NCBI GenBank assembly: GCA_040218735.1
Contig: JAVJQW010000019.1
Span: 224,001 to 288,000, forward strand
Length of the DNA stretch: 64,000 nt
Direction: 5' to 3'
DNA from: Deltaproteobacteria bacterium
Lineage (GTDB): Bacteria > Myxococcota > Kuafuiibacteriia > Kuafuiibacteriales > Kuafuiibacteriaceae
Positions 21,517 through 31,326 of this stretch are shown in pieces (position 1 is the stretch's first letter; each line of letters starts with the position of its first letter). The notes beneath the pieces are model-generated. The model was not told the DNA's origin. It saw only the letters and a list, made by a program, of their open reading frames with translations, and did no database searches. Made by a program: the position numbers and the translations under genes.

Positions 21517-22553
21517 CGGCGCTTCCTCTTCGGGATGTCGACCAGCGGCCAGTGCGCGCGCGCGGCGAGGTCGAGGCCGTTTGATTCGCCGCGGCTGAGT
21601 CGGACGTGGCCCGCCTTCGCGATCATCGCGGCGTTGTCGGTGCAGAACGCTCGCGAAGGGAGGAACACCTCGACCCCCGACCGGCGCCCGCGCTCCACCG
21701 CCTTCTCGCGCAAGCGGCTGTTCGCCGCGACGCCCCCTGCGAGCACGAGCTGCGAGACGTCGCACTTCTCGACCGCGCGGAACGCTTTCTTCAGGAGGTT
21801 GTCGACGATCGCCTCACGGAACGAGGCGCAGAAGTCCGCGAGCGCTTCACCCTCCGGCGGACCGCCCATCTCGCGGATGCGGCGCGCGGCGTCCGTCTTC
21901 AGGCCGGAGAACGAGAAGTCGAGGTTGTCCTTCCCGGGCATCATCTTCGGGAACGCGACCGCCTTCGGGTCGCCGTCTGCGGCGATGTGATCGATCGCGA
22001 CGCCGCCCGGGTAGCCGAGCCCGAGGAGCTTCGCGGTCTTGTCGAAGGCTTCGCCCGCGGCGTCGTCGCGTGTCGCGCCGAGGTGGCTGTACGGGCCGCC
22101 CAGCGCCTCGACGCGGATGAGGCTGGTGTGCCCGCCGGAGACGAGCAGCGCGACGAAGGGCGGCGCGAGTGAAGCTGCGCCCGTGTCGAGGAACGCGGCG
22201 GCGATGTGCCCTTCGAGGTGGTTCACGCCGATCAGCGGCCGGTCGAGCGCGAGCGCGAGGCCCTTCGCGAACTCGACGCCGCACAGCAGCGGTCCGATCA
22301 ACCCGGGGCCAGCCGTCACCGCGATCCCGTCGATGTCCGTCAGCGCGAGCCCCGCCGCCTCGAGCGCCGAACGCAGCACCGGGCCGAGGCGAATGACGTG
22401 GTCGCGGCTCGCGACCTCCGGCACCACGCCGCCGAACTGCGCGTGCAGATCGATCTGCGAGTGGACGACGCTGGCGCGGAGGGTCAGGCCGTCGCTGTCG
22501 AGGACGGCAAAGGCGAGCTCGTCACACGACGACTCGATCCCGAGGACGATCAC
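21513..22553 (-). CDS. tsaD: tRNA N6-threonylcarbamoyltransferase TsaD
   Basis: LGIESSCDE, GGVVPEVASRDH, NHLEGH, VSGGHT, DDAAGEAFDK, CTDNAAMIA. Confidence 0.97.
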   Translation of the reverse strand: MIVLGIESSCDELAFAVLDSDGLTLRASVVHSQIDLHAQFGGVVPEVASRDHVIRLGPVLRSALEAAGLALTDIDGIAVTAGPGLIGPLLCGVEFAKGLALALDRPLIGVNHLEGHIAAAFLDTGAASLAPPFVALLVSGGHTSLIRVEALGGPYSHLGATRDDAAGEAFDKTAKLLGLGYPGGVAIDHIAADGDPKAVAFPKMMPGKDNLDFSFSGLKTDAARRIREMGGPPEGEALADFCASFREAIVDNLLKKAFRAVEKCDVSQLVLAGGVAANSRLREKAVERGRRSGVEVFLPSRAFCTDNAAMIAKAGHVRLSRGESNGLDLAARAHWPLVDIPKRKRR

Positions 22554-25276
22554 GGGAGGTTCTTCAGCAGGCTCCGCACTTCGTTGGCGTGTTTCCCGTT
22601 CGGGGCGTGCTTCAGGTAGTTCTGGTAGCCGCGCTTCGCCTTGTCCATGTCGCCGTCGTTCACGGCGACCATGGCGAGCACGAGGTGCGCGCGCGCCTGC
22701 GACTGATCGATCTTCAGCGCCCGCCACGCCTCGCCGCGCGCGGAGCGATCGCTGCCCAGCTCCACGTAGACCAACGACAGCGCCGCGTGCGCCGCCGCGT
22801 TGTTCGGGTCCGCGCTGACGGACTGACGGAGGAGCGAACGCGCCCCGCTGAAGTTGCCCTTCGCGAGCGCGTCTTCGCCCTGCTGCATGAGCGCCGCCGA
22901 CTTGTCCTTGTCGTACTTCGGCTTCGCCGGCGGTGCCTTCGCGGGCGGCGCCTTGGCGACGGCCTTCTCGACGGGCGGTGCCTTGGCCGGCGGTGCCTTC
23001 GTCGCGCCCTCGGCGGGCGGTGCCTTCGTCGCGCCCTCGGCGGGCGGTGCCTTCGTCGCGCCCTCGGCGGGCGGAGCCTTCTGACCGGCTTTCTCCGCGG
23101 CCATTGCCGCCTTGGCGAGCTCCTCCGGCGACTTCGGCGTGCCTTCGCTGCCGTCGATCACCACGCCTTCCTCCGGCGTCTTCGGCCAGAGCGCTTCCTT
23201 GCCCTTGGCCGGCGTGTTCGCGACGGCCTCCGGCTCCTCGTGTTTCTGGTTGCTCGGACCGAAGAACAGAACGCCCGCGACCGCGGCGGCCGCGGCGACG
23301 AGCAGCAGCCCGGGCAAGCGGCGCTTCCACGCGTCGCCCTCGTCGTCCCAGTCGAAGTCGTTCGCCGCGGTGCTCTCCGCGTGATCGAAGAACGCGGCGC
23401 CCTCGGACTTCGCCGGCTCGAAGGTGTCCTGTGTCGTCGCGCCCGGTCCGGGGATCGCGACGTCGGTCGACCCGGGTCCGGCCGGCGGGATCTCCGCTTC
23501 CGTCGCGACGGGAGCGGCGGCCGGCGCCGCGGCGATCGCCGCCGCGAGCCCGACGCCCGGATCCGTGGGTTCGTCGCGCGCGTCGTCGATGTCATCGGCG
23601 CCCACGTCCACCGTCCGCCCGGTGACGCGGTTGATGTCGTGCGTGGCCGGCGGCACCGGCGGCGGTTGCGTGACGTCCGCGGGGGCCGACGTCGGCCACG
23701 GCGGGAGCGCCGCGGGCGCGATGACATACGAGGGCCGACGGGTGTCCGCGGTCTCCTCCAGCGCGCGCGCGACGGCGTCGTCGATCGCAGCCGTGTCCTC
23801 GACGGAGCGCGACAACCCGGGCCGCGGCTCGTCCGCGACGGTCACGCGCGAGTCCTCGCCCTGGCGCATCGAGGGCGCCGTGCGAACCGGCTCCCAGCCG
23901 TCGTCGTCCGCGACGTGGGGGAGGCGGCCGATCGTCGACTGCACGCGTTGGATGCGGAGCTTCGGCGGAGCGTCGTCCGTGCCGAGCGCGATGGGCGCCT
24001 CGCGTTGCTGCGGCGTGTTCGTCAGCGGCACGGCCTTGTTCGCGGGGACGGTGTGTCGCGACAGGACGATCGACGGCTCGGGGAGCGGCTCGGGCACCGC
24101 GGTCTGCGTGGGCGTCGGGGCTTCGTCGAGCGCGCGCTTGAGCGGGTCTTCGGCGGAGAGGATCTCACTCGCGGTGTGCGGCGACGGGATCACCGCGCGG
24201 CCGAGCGCGCTCGGGAGATCGAGATCGTCCGTCGGATCCGACGCGGGCTCGGCGGGCTGCGACAGCCACGCTTCGACATCGTCCGTCGACGCCGGCTTGT
24301 TCTTCTGCGGGACCCCCGCGAGCACGCCGCGGTCGTGCAGCTCGGCGATGATCTGCAGCGCGTCGGTGTCTGCCATCGGGGCGTCGTCGACGACTTCAAA
24401 GAGCGTGCGCCGCCCGTCGAAGAGGTGGAGCACGGCCTGCGTCTCGTCGGGGACGACCGGGAACGTGCGCCCGAGCGTCGCGTAGTCGAGCGTGGGTTTC
24501 GCGGAGAGCCCGGGGAGCTCGGCCTGCAGCTTCGACCACTCGTCGACGCGGCGCATGCCTTCGAGGAGGATCGTCTGCGTCGGCAGGTTCACGACGTCCG
24601 AGCGCGAGATCTGTTTGAACTCGATCTCGAAGACGCCGTCCTCCCACAACAGCATCCGGTAGACGACTTCGGCGCCGACCTTCTCGCCGAGCTTGGCGTC
24701 GACGAGGTTGCCGTCGCGGAAGAACATCGTGCCGCGTTCCTCGGCGCCGGAGACGTAGCCGCCGCTCTTCACCGTGTCGGAGGACACGTGGACGATGCCG
24801 CTCTTCTTGCCGGTCTCCATGACCTGCAACAGATCGACGACGCCCATGCTCGCGAGGTTGCCGCTGAGGTTTCCGGGGCGCTCGCGTTTGGCGAGGCGCT
24901 CGGACTCGCGGGTCTCGAGCAGCGCGCGGAGGCGCGTGACGATGTCCTTCACGAGGACGGGCTTCGCGAGGAAGTCGTCGGCGCCGGCGTTGATCGCCTG
25001 GATCTTTTGCTCGGGCGTGGACTCCTGGGACAGGAACACGACGCTCGATTTGTCGTCGCCGGACTTGAGCTCGGCGCACAGGCCGAAGCCGTCTCCATCC
25101 GGGAGTGTCGACTCCGTGATGACGACCTCCGGGCGCTCGGCGGAGATGGCGTCGCGTGCGGCGGCGACGGACTCGGCGGTACGAACGGCGAAGCCGGCCT
25201 TCTTCAGGCTGACTTCGAGAACACGCAGACTACGAGCGTCCGCATCCACGAGGAGAAGTGAGGTGTTGTCGGCCAT
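22550..25276 (-). CDS. receiver + DUF4388 protein with long disordered linker, TM helix and C-terminal TPR
   Basis: N-terminal receiver; LSGNLASMGVVDLLQVME..KKSG (DUF4388); TM LLLVAAAAAVAGVLFF; C-terminal TPRs. Confidence 0.85.
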   Translation of the reverse strand: MADNTSLLLVDADARSLRVLEVSLKKAGFAVRTAESVAAARDAISAERPEVVITESTLPDGDGFGLCAELKSGDDKSSVVFLSQESTPEQKIQAINAGADDFLAKPVLVKDIVTRLRALLETRESERLAKRERPGNLSGNLASMGVVDLLQVMETGKKSGIVHVSSDTVKSGGYVSGAEERGTMFFRDGNLVDAKLGEKVGAEVVYRMLLWEDGVFEIEFKQISRSDVVNLPTQTILLEGMRRVDEWSKLQAELPGLSAKPTLDYATLGRTFPVVPDETQAVLHLFDGRRTLFEVVDDAPMADTDALQIIAELHDRGVLAGVPQKNKPASTDDVEAWLSQPAEPASDPTDDLDLPSALGRAVIPSPHTASEILSAEDPLKRALDEAPTPTQTAVPEPLPEPSIVLSRHTVPANKAVPLTNTPQQREAPIALGTDDAPPKLRIQRVQSTIGRLPHVADDDGWEPVRTAPSMRQGEDSRVTVADEPRPGLSRSVEDTAAIDDAVARALEETADTRRPSYVIAPAALPPWPTSAPADVTQPPPVPPATHDINRVTGRTVDVGADDIDDARDEPTDPGVGLAAAIAAAPAAAPVATEAEIPPAGPGSTDVAIPGPGATTQDTFEPAKSEGAAFFDHAESTAANDFDWDDEGDAWKRRLPGLLLVAAAAAVAGVLFFGPSNQKHEEPEAVANTPAKGKEALWPKTPEEGVVIDGSEGTPKSPEELAKAAMAAEKAGQKAPPAEGATKAPPAEGATKAPPAEGATKAPPAKAPPVEKAVAKAPPAKAPPAKPKYDKDKSAALMQQGEDALAKGNFSGARSLLRQSVSADPNNAAAHAALSLVYVELGSDRSARGEAWRALKIDQSQARAHLVLAMVAVNDGDMDKAKRGYQNYLKHAPNGKHANEVRSLLKNLP
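22989..23080. repeat. 27-bp coding tandem repeat x3 (APPAEGATK)
   Basis: GGCGGTGCCTTCGTCGCGCCCTCGGCG repeated at 22989, 23016 and 23043. Confidence 0.85.
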
Positions 25277-25403
25277 TGGTTCTTTCGACTCCCTGTCCAG
25301 GCAGGTGACAGCGCGCGGCGCGCCGAATGTTCCACGGGCCAAAAACCCCGGTCAAGTCGGGGACGTTTGCACCATCGGCCCCGAGCGAAGTTTGTGATAA
25401 TCA

Positions 25404-26777
<1,374 letters not shown>

Positions 26778-26895
26778 GCGGGTCGGCGGTTGCCGGCCGG
26801 GGCGCTGCGCTTGGGCGCCTCTTCGCGATGCGTTCTGGAGCCTCCGGCCTCTCGGCACCGCACGCCGATAGGCGTTCCGTTGGCCTTCTCCTTGG

Positions 26896-27102
26896 TTAGG
26901 CGTCGGCGAACACGGCTTCGAGCGTGGGCGCGGTGATGACGCGGTCGATGTAGCGGTCGAGCGTGGGCTCGTCGGCGCGCTCGATGTGGGCGCGCGCGGC
27001 TTCGGAGACGGTGCCGAAGCGGAGCGTGAGCTGTCGGAGTAGGGTGCGTTGCTGGGCCTGCACGCGGCCTTCGGCCTTCCAGCGTTCGGCGGTCGTTGGC
27101 AT
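26896..27102 (-). CDS. candidate internally initiated small Rpn protein (in frame, 68 aa)
   Basis: GAGGAG (27114-27109) lies 6 nt upstream of the in-frame ATG of MPTTAERW. Confidence 0.55.
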   Translation of the reverse strand: MPTTAERWKAEGRVQAQQRTLLRQLTLRFGTVSEAARAHIERADEPTLDRYIDRVITAPTLEAVFADA

Positions 27103-27858
27103 CTGCATCTCCTCTGCGCCGGCGCCCAATGATTGAACTACGGCCGTGACTTCGCCTACGTCTACGTCGGCGACGCTCCAAAGATATTCGAGGATCGCGC
27201 GGAGCCTTTGCAACCCGGTCGGCGCCGTCAGCATTCGGCGCAACAGGGGCACCCACCGCCGCACATCCTCGATCGGATTCGGCGACCCACGCAGGTCACG
27301 CAGCGCTCGGAGCGTGACCTCGCCGAACGCACGGAGCGCGCGTGCGCGGATCATCGCGTCGGTGGCCTCCGTCAGATCGTCGAGCACGAACCGCAGCCGC
27401 GGCGTGTGCGGCGCGAGCGCCCCGCGAAGGGCGGGGTCGGCATCGACGAGCTCCGCGACGTCGGTCGCCGCGGACCACGGCTTCGCGCCGTGGTGCAGGA
27501 CCACCGCGATGACCGGCGGTAGCCGCGACGCGCGCGGGTGATCCGCGCGGAACTGCTCCCAGATCTTCACCACGTAACGCAGCACCCGAAACGCCATCCA
27601 CCGATCGGACCGCGACTGGTGCTCCACCAGCAGATAGAGGAACGCGCGTCGTCGACCGAGGCGACACACGAAGAGCAAATCCGTGACGCGCGCCTTCAGC
27701 GCGTCATCGACGAACGTCCCGGGCTCGAGCTTCAGGGAGCCCCAGTCGATCGCCTCGGCGAGCTGGGTGGGGAGCACCGCGCGCAGGAGCGGCGTCACTT
27801 CGTCGACGTCGCTGAACGCCGCCTTGAACAGCGCGTCGTGCGGGGACGTAGAGGGCAC
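26896..27858 (-). CDS. Rpn family recombination-promoting nuclease/putative transposase (YhgA-like) with DUF4351-like C-terminus
   Basis: PHDALFK, TDLLF, YLLVEHQS, MAFRVLRY, LPPVIAVVLHHG; C-terminal LLRQLTLRFG. Confidence 0.92.
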   Translation of the reverse strand: MPSTSPHDALFKAAFSDVDEVTPLLRAVLPTQLAEAIDWGSLKLEPGTFVDDALKARVTDLLFVCRLGRRRAFLYLLVEHQSRSDRWMAFRVLRYVVKIWEQFRADHPRASRLPPVIAVVLHHGAKPWSAATDVAELVDADPALRGALAPHTPRLRFVLDDLTEATDAMIRARALRAFGEVTLRALRDLRGSPNPIEDVRRWVPLLRRMLTAPTGLQRLRAILEYLWSVADVDVGEVTAVVQSLGAGAEEMQMPTTAERWKAEGRVQAQQRTLLRQLTLRFGTVSEAARAHIERADEPTLDRYIDRVITAPTLEAVFADA

Positions 27859-28003
27859 GGAGCCCGAGAGAGGAACGGGGGGCGAGGCGACAAGCGGGCG
27901 AGGCGCAGTGAAATTCGTGGGCGCGTCGAACGCTTGGACCGGGGCGCGTTTGGTTCAGGGGTGAAATCGCCCGTGGAAATCGTTCCGAACGCCGAGCTCC
28001 GCC

Positions 28004-28112
28004 GATCGCTTCGCGGTCAGCCTCCGTCTCTAGGCCCTTCACGCAGCTCCGCTGCGCGGACCTGCTGCGCACAGCCGTCGGACAGACCGCTTCGCGGTCA
28101 GCCTCCGTCTAG
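28004..28112. repeat. ~80-bp CTAG-bounded double-hairpin repeat (one partial and one full unit)
   Basis: CTAGGCCCTTCACGCAGCTCCGCTGCGCGGACCTGCTG...GACCGCTTCGCGGTCAGCCTCCGTCTAG; same unit as 42046-42212. Confidence 0.85.
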
Positions 28113-28342
28113 ATATGGAAACCGTCCTGGTTGATCTCTACGTGGGTGACGTCCGCGTGCGATTTCATCGCCTTCGCGAGCGCCGCCGTGTCGTCGACCT
28201 TCACGAGCAGCATCACCTCGTCCTCGTGGTCGGTGCGCATGCGGCGCTTCACCGATCCGCCGCGCGCTTCGACCGCCGCGCGCGCCGTCTCTTCGGCGAC
28301 GCCGCGCCGAAAGCCCACGATGACTTCGTTCAACTGCCTCAC
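28109..28342 (-). CDS. small ferredoxin-like fold protein (resembles a S8 protease propeptide domain)
   Basis: EVIVGFR...G..VKR...VMLLVKV...HADVTHVEIN; start overlaps the upstream stop (ATGA/GTGA junction). Confidence 0.6.
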   Translation of the reverse strand: MRQLNEVIVGFRRGVAEETARAAVEARGGSVKRRMRTDHEDEVMLLVKVDDTAALAKAMKSHADVTHVEINQDGFHI

Positions 28343-28788
28343 TTCATGACCTCGTAGCTCTCCACGCCCTGAAGAAACGCCTCGGGGGCGCCGTTTTCTT
28401 CCAAGCCCTGCTTGTAGAGGTCGAGGTTCGCCTGCGAGGCCTTCAGGCTCGCCTTCTTGCGGCGTGCCACCCAGGTCCGCGCCGGGCGTTTGATCGGGTT
28501 GTCTTCGTCGTTCAGGGTGACGTCGAGCACCTTGCGCTCGTAGCCCCCGAAGAACCCGTCCAGCATCTCGAACTGCTTCGGCGTCAGCTCGAAGAGCAGC
28601 CCGAAGGCCGATCCCTCGGCGTCCTCCTGCAGGTTCGGCAGGCCCTCGGCCTTGTTCTTCATGTTGGGTTTGTCGAAGACCAGGCGGTAGCCATGGAGCG
28701 TCCCGGTTCCGACCATCTCGGAGGGACCGATGCGATCGTACATGCGCCCCTGCACCGTGTCCGGACCGTACGTGAAGACGAGCGGCAT
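28339..28788 (-). CDS. gamma-glutamylcyclotransferase family protein
   Basis: VFTYG, LHGYRLVF, GLLFEL...LD...GYER. Confidence 0.8.
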   Translation of the reverse strand: MPLVFTYGPDTVQGRMYDRIGPSEMVGTGTLHGYRLVFDKPNMKNKAEGLPNLQEDAEGSAFGLLFELTPKQFEMLDGFFGGYERKVLDVTLNDEDNPIKRPARTWVARRKKASLKASQANLDLYKQGLEENGAPEAFLQGVESYEVMK

Positions 28789-28864
28789 AGGTCGCGCATG
28801 GTTACATCCGAAAGCCGCGATCGCCAAGGTGGATTACCGGGCTCGGCCCGGGTAAGAGGTCGTC

Positions 28865-29908
28865 ATGACCGAGTCGTCGTCTCCACTCTTTGTGCGCGCC
28901 ATCCGTGGCGAGCGCGTCGAACGCACCCCGATCTGGGTGATGCGGCAAGCAGGTCGCTACCTGCCGGAGTATCGCGAAGTCCGCGCCAAGACGTCGTTCC
29001 TCGGTCTCTGCAAATCACCCGAGCTTGCCGCCGAGGTGACGCTCCAGCCCATTCGCCGCTTCGCGCTCGACGCCGCGATCATCTTCTCGGACATCCTCGT
29101 CCCCGTCGAAGCGATGGGGATCCCGCTCGACTACAACCCGGGCCCTGTGCTGGGACGCACCACGCGATCGAAGGAAGACATCGACGCGCTCGTCCATCCC
29201 GATCCGATCAAGGACATGGGCTTCGTGATGGACGCGATCAAGACGTTCGTCCGCGAGATGCCCGACGTCCCGATCCTCGGCTTCGCCGGCGCGCCGTTCA
29301 CGCTCGCGGCGTACATGATCGAAGGCGCGGGCTCGAAGAACTACGCCGTCACCAAACAGTTCCTCTACGAGCAGCCGAAACAAGCGCGTCGCCTCCTCGG
29401 CAAGCTCGCGAAGGTCGTCGCCGATCACCTCGTCGCGCAGATCGAAGCCGGTGCCTCCGCCGTGCAGATCTTCGACTCGTGGGCGGGCCACCTCTCCCGC
29501 GACGACTACCTGACGTTTGCGCTCCCCTTCACCATCGAGATCGTCGACCACGTGAAGAAGGCCGGCGCACCGATCATCGTCTTCGCGAAGGGCGCACACT
29601 CGAGCCTCGAAGAGCTCTCGCAGTGCGGCGCCGACGTCTTAGGCGTGGACTGGACGCTCCCGCTCGACGTCGCCGCCGAGATGACGAAGAACCGCGTCGT
29701 CCTCCAGGGCAACCTCGATCCGTGTGTCCTCCTCGGGCCGGTCGAGAACATCGAGCGCCAGGTGCAGCGCGTCCTCAACGAGGCGCAGTCGATCGAGAAG
29801 GGCCACGTCTTCAACCTCGGTCACGGCATCCTCCCGCCCACGCCGCCCGAGCACATGGCCGCGCTGGTCGACGCCGTGAAACGCAACGGCCGCCGCCGCA
29901 CGCCATGA
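28865..29908 (+). CDS. hemE: uroporphyrinogen decarboxylase
   Basis: PIWVMRQAGRYLPEY, FSDILVP, GFAGAPFTLAAY, QIFDSW, QGNLDP, FNLGHGI. Confidence 0.98.
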   Translation: MTESSSPLFVRAIRGERVERTPIWVMRQAGRYLPEYREVRAKTSFLGLCKSPELAAEVTLQPIRRFALDAAIIFSDILVPVEAMGIPLDYNPGPVLGRTTRSKEDIDALVHPDPIKDMGFVMDAIKTFVREMPDVPILGFAGAPFTLAAYMIEGAGSKNYAVTKQFLYEQPKQARRLLGKLAKVVADHLVAQIEAGASAVQIFDSWAGHLSRDDYLTFALPFTIEIVDHVKKAGAPIIVFAKGAHSSLEELSQCGADVLGVDWTLPLDVAAEMTKNRVVLQGNLDPCVLLGPVENIERQVQRVLNEAQSIEKGHVFNLGHGILPPTPPEHMAALVDAVKRNGRRRTP

Positions 29909-31278
29909 CACGAAGGGTCGCCATCGTCGGCGGCGGCATCACCGGGTTGGCGCTCGCCGAGGCGGTCGAACGCAAGTCCGCCGGACAACCGATCGAAGCG
30001 ATCGTCCTCGAAGCCGACGCCACGCCCGGCGGCAAGATCAAGAGCCGACGCGAAGAGGGCTTCGTCGTCGACGACGGCCCGCACGGCTTCCTCGACAAGG
30101 AGCCGCTCGTCTTCGACCTCATCGATCGCCTCGGGCTCCGCGGCGATCTCATCTCGGCGAACGAGGCGGCCGCGCGTCGCTACATCGTCCGCGGCGGAGC
30201 GCTCCGCGAGGTGCCCACTTCGCCGCCGAAGTTCCTGACCTCCGACATCCTCCCGTTCACCGGGCGCCTCCGCGTGCTCTTCGAGCCGTTCGCCAAGTCG
30301 CGCCCCGACGGCGACGAGTCGGTGTGGAGCTTCGCCGCGCGGCGAATCGGTCGGCAGGCGGCGGACGTCCTCGTCGACGCGATGGTCACCGGCATCTACG
30401 GCGGCGACCCCAAGCGCCTCTCCCTCGTGAGCGCCTTCCCGCGGATGCGCGAGATCGAGGATCAGTATGGGAGCCTCATCAAGGCGCAGATCCAGATCGC
30501 GAAGGCGAAGAAGCAGCTCCCCGCCCAGGCCGGCCAACCGACCGGCACGATGCACTCGTTCCGCGACGGCCTCGGCCAGCTGACCTCCGCCCTCGCGGCG
30601 CGTTCGCAGGTGCGGACGAACTTCACTGCGGATCGCATCGAGCGAAATGAAACGTTCGTGGTGCACGGCAGCGGGGAGCCGGTCGAGGCCGACGCCGTCG
30701 TCCTCGCGGTGCCCGCGCCCGTCGCGGCTCGGTTGATCGGCTCGCAAGCCCCGGCGATCGCCGACACCGCGGGCGCCGTGCCCTACGCGCCGATCGCGGT
30801 GGTGGTCCAAGGCTTCGACGCGGCCGCGGCGCGGGCGCTCGACGGGTTCGGTTTCCTCGCGCCCCACGTCGAGGCGCGCCCGGTGTTGGGATCGATCTGG
30901 GCTTCTTCGGTGTTCCCGGAGCAGGTGCCGAAGGACACGATCATGTTCCGCACGATGGTGGGCGGCGCCCGCAACGCCGACCTCGCGCGCGGTTCGGACG
31001 CCGACATCCGCCAGCACGTCCGCGCCGAGCTCGCACAGCACTGCGGCCTGGCGGCCGACGCGACGCCACGCCTCGAACGCATCATCCGGTGGCCGGACGC
31101 GATCCCGCAGTACGAAGTCGGCCACACGGAGCGCGTCGCCGCGGTCGACGCCCTCGAACGCGAGGTCCCCGGCCTCTTCGTCACGGGCAACGCCTTCCGC
31201 GGCGTGGCCCTCCTGACCTGCGTCGCCGACGCCGAGCGCGTCGCGGGCCGCGTGGTCGAGGCGCTGAGCAAAGGATGA
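29905..31278 (+). CDS. hemG: FAD-dependent (co)protoporphyrinogen oxidase, HemY-type
   Basis: IVGGGITGL, GGKIKS, GIYGGDP..LS..AFP, GFGFL, SSVFP, IPQYEVGH; follows hemE with an ATGA overlap. Confidence 0.93.
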   Translation: MTRRVAIVGGGITGLALAEAVERKSAGQPIEAIVLEADATPGGKIKSRREEGFVVDDGPHGFLDKEPLVFDLIDRLGLRGDLISANEAAARRYIVRGGALREVPTSPPKFLTSDILPFTGRLRVLFEPFAKSRPDGDESVWSFAARRIGRQAADVLVDAMVTGIYGGDPKRLSLVSAFPRMREIEDQYGSLIKAQIQIAKAKKQLPAQAGQPTGTMHSFRDGLGQLTSALAARSQVRTNFTADRIERNETFVVHGSGEPVEADAVVLAVPAPVAARLIGSQAPAIADTAGAVPYAPIAVVVQGFDAAAARALDGFGFLAPHVEARPVLGSIWASSVFPEQVPKDTIMFRTMVGGARNADLARGSDADIRQHVRAELAQHCGLAADATPRLERIIRWPDAIPQYEVGHTERVAAVDALEREVPGLFVTGNAFRGVALLTCVADAERVAGRVVEALSKG

Positions 31279-31326
31279 TCGCCGCAGAGATCGAGGTGCC
31301 GAGCCGCAACCGTGGGTGGGGCTTCC

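Noticed and set aside
25328-25340. parS half-site TGTTCCACG
   Set aside because: The second half of the palindrome is missing.
26896-27858. Rpn gene as an active IS element
   Set aside because: No terminal inverted repeats or target duplication seen; the family is not established as true transposases.
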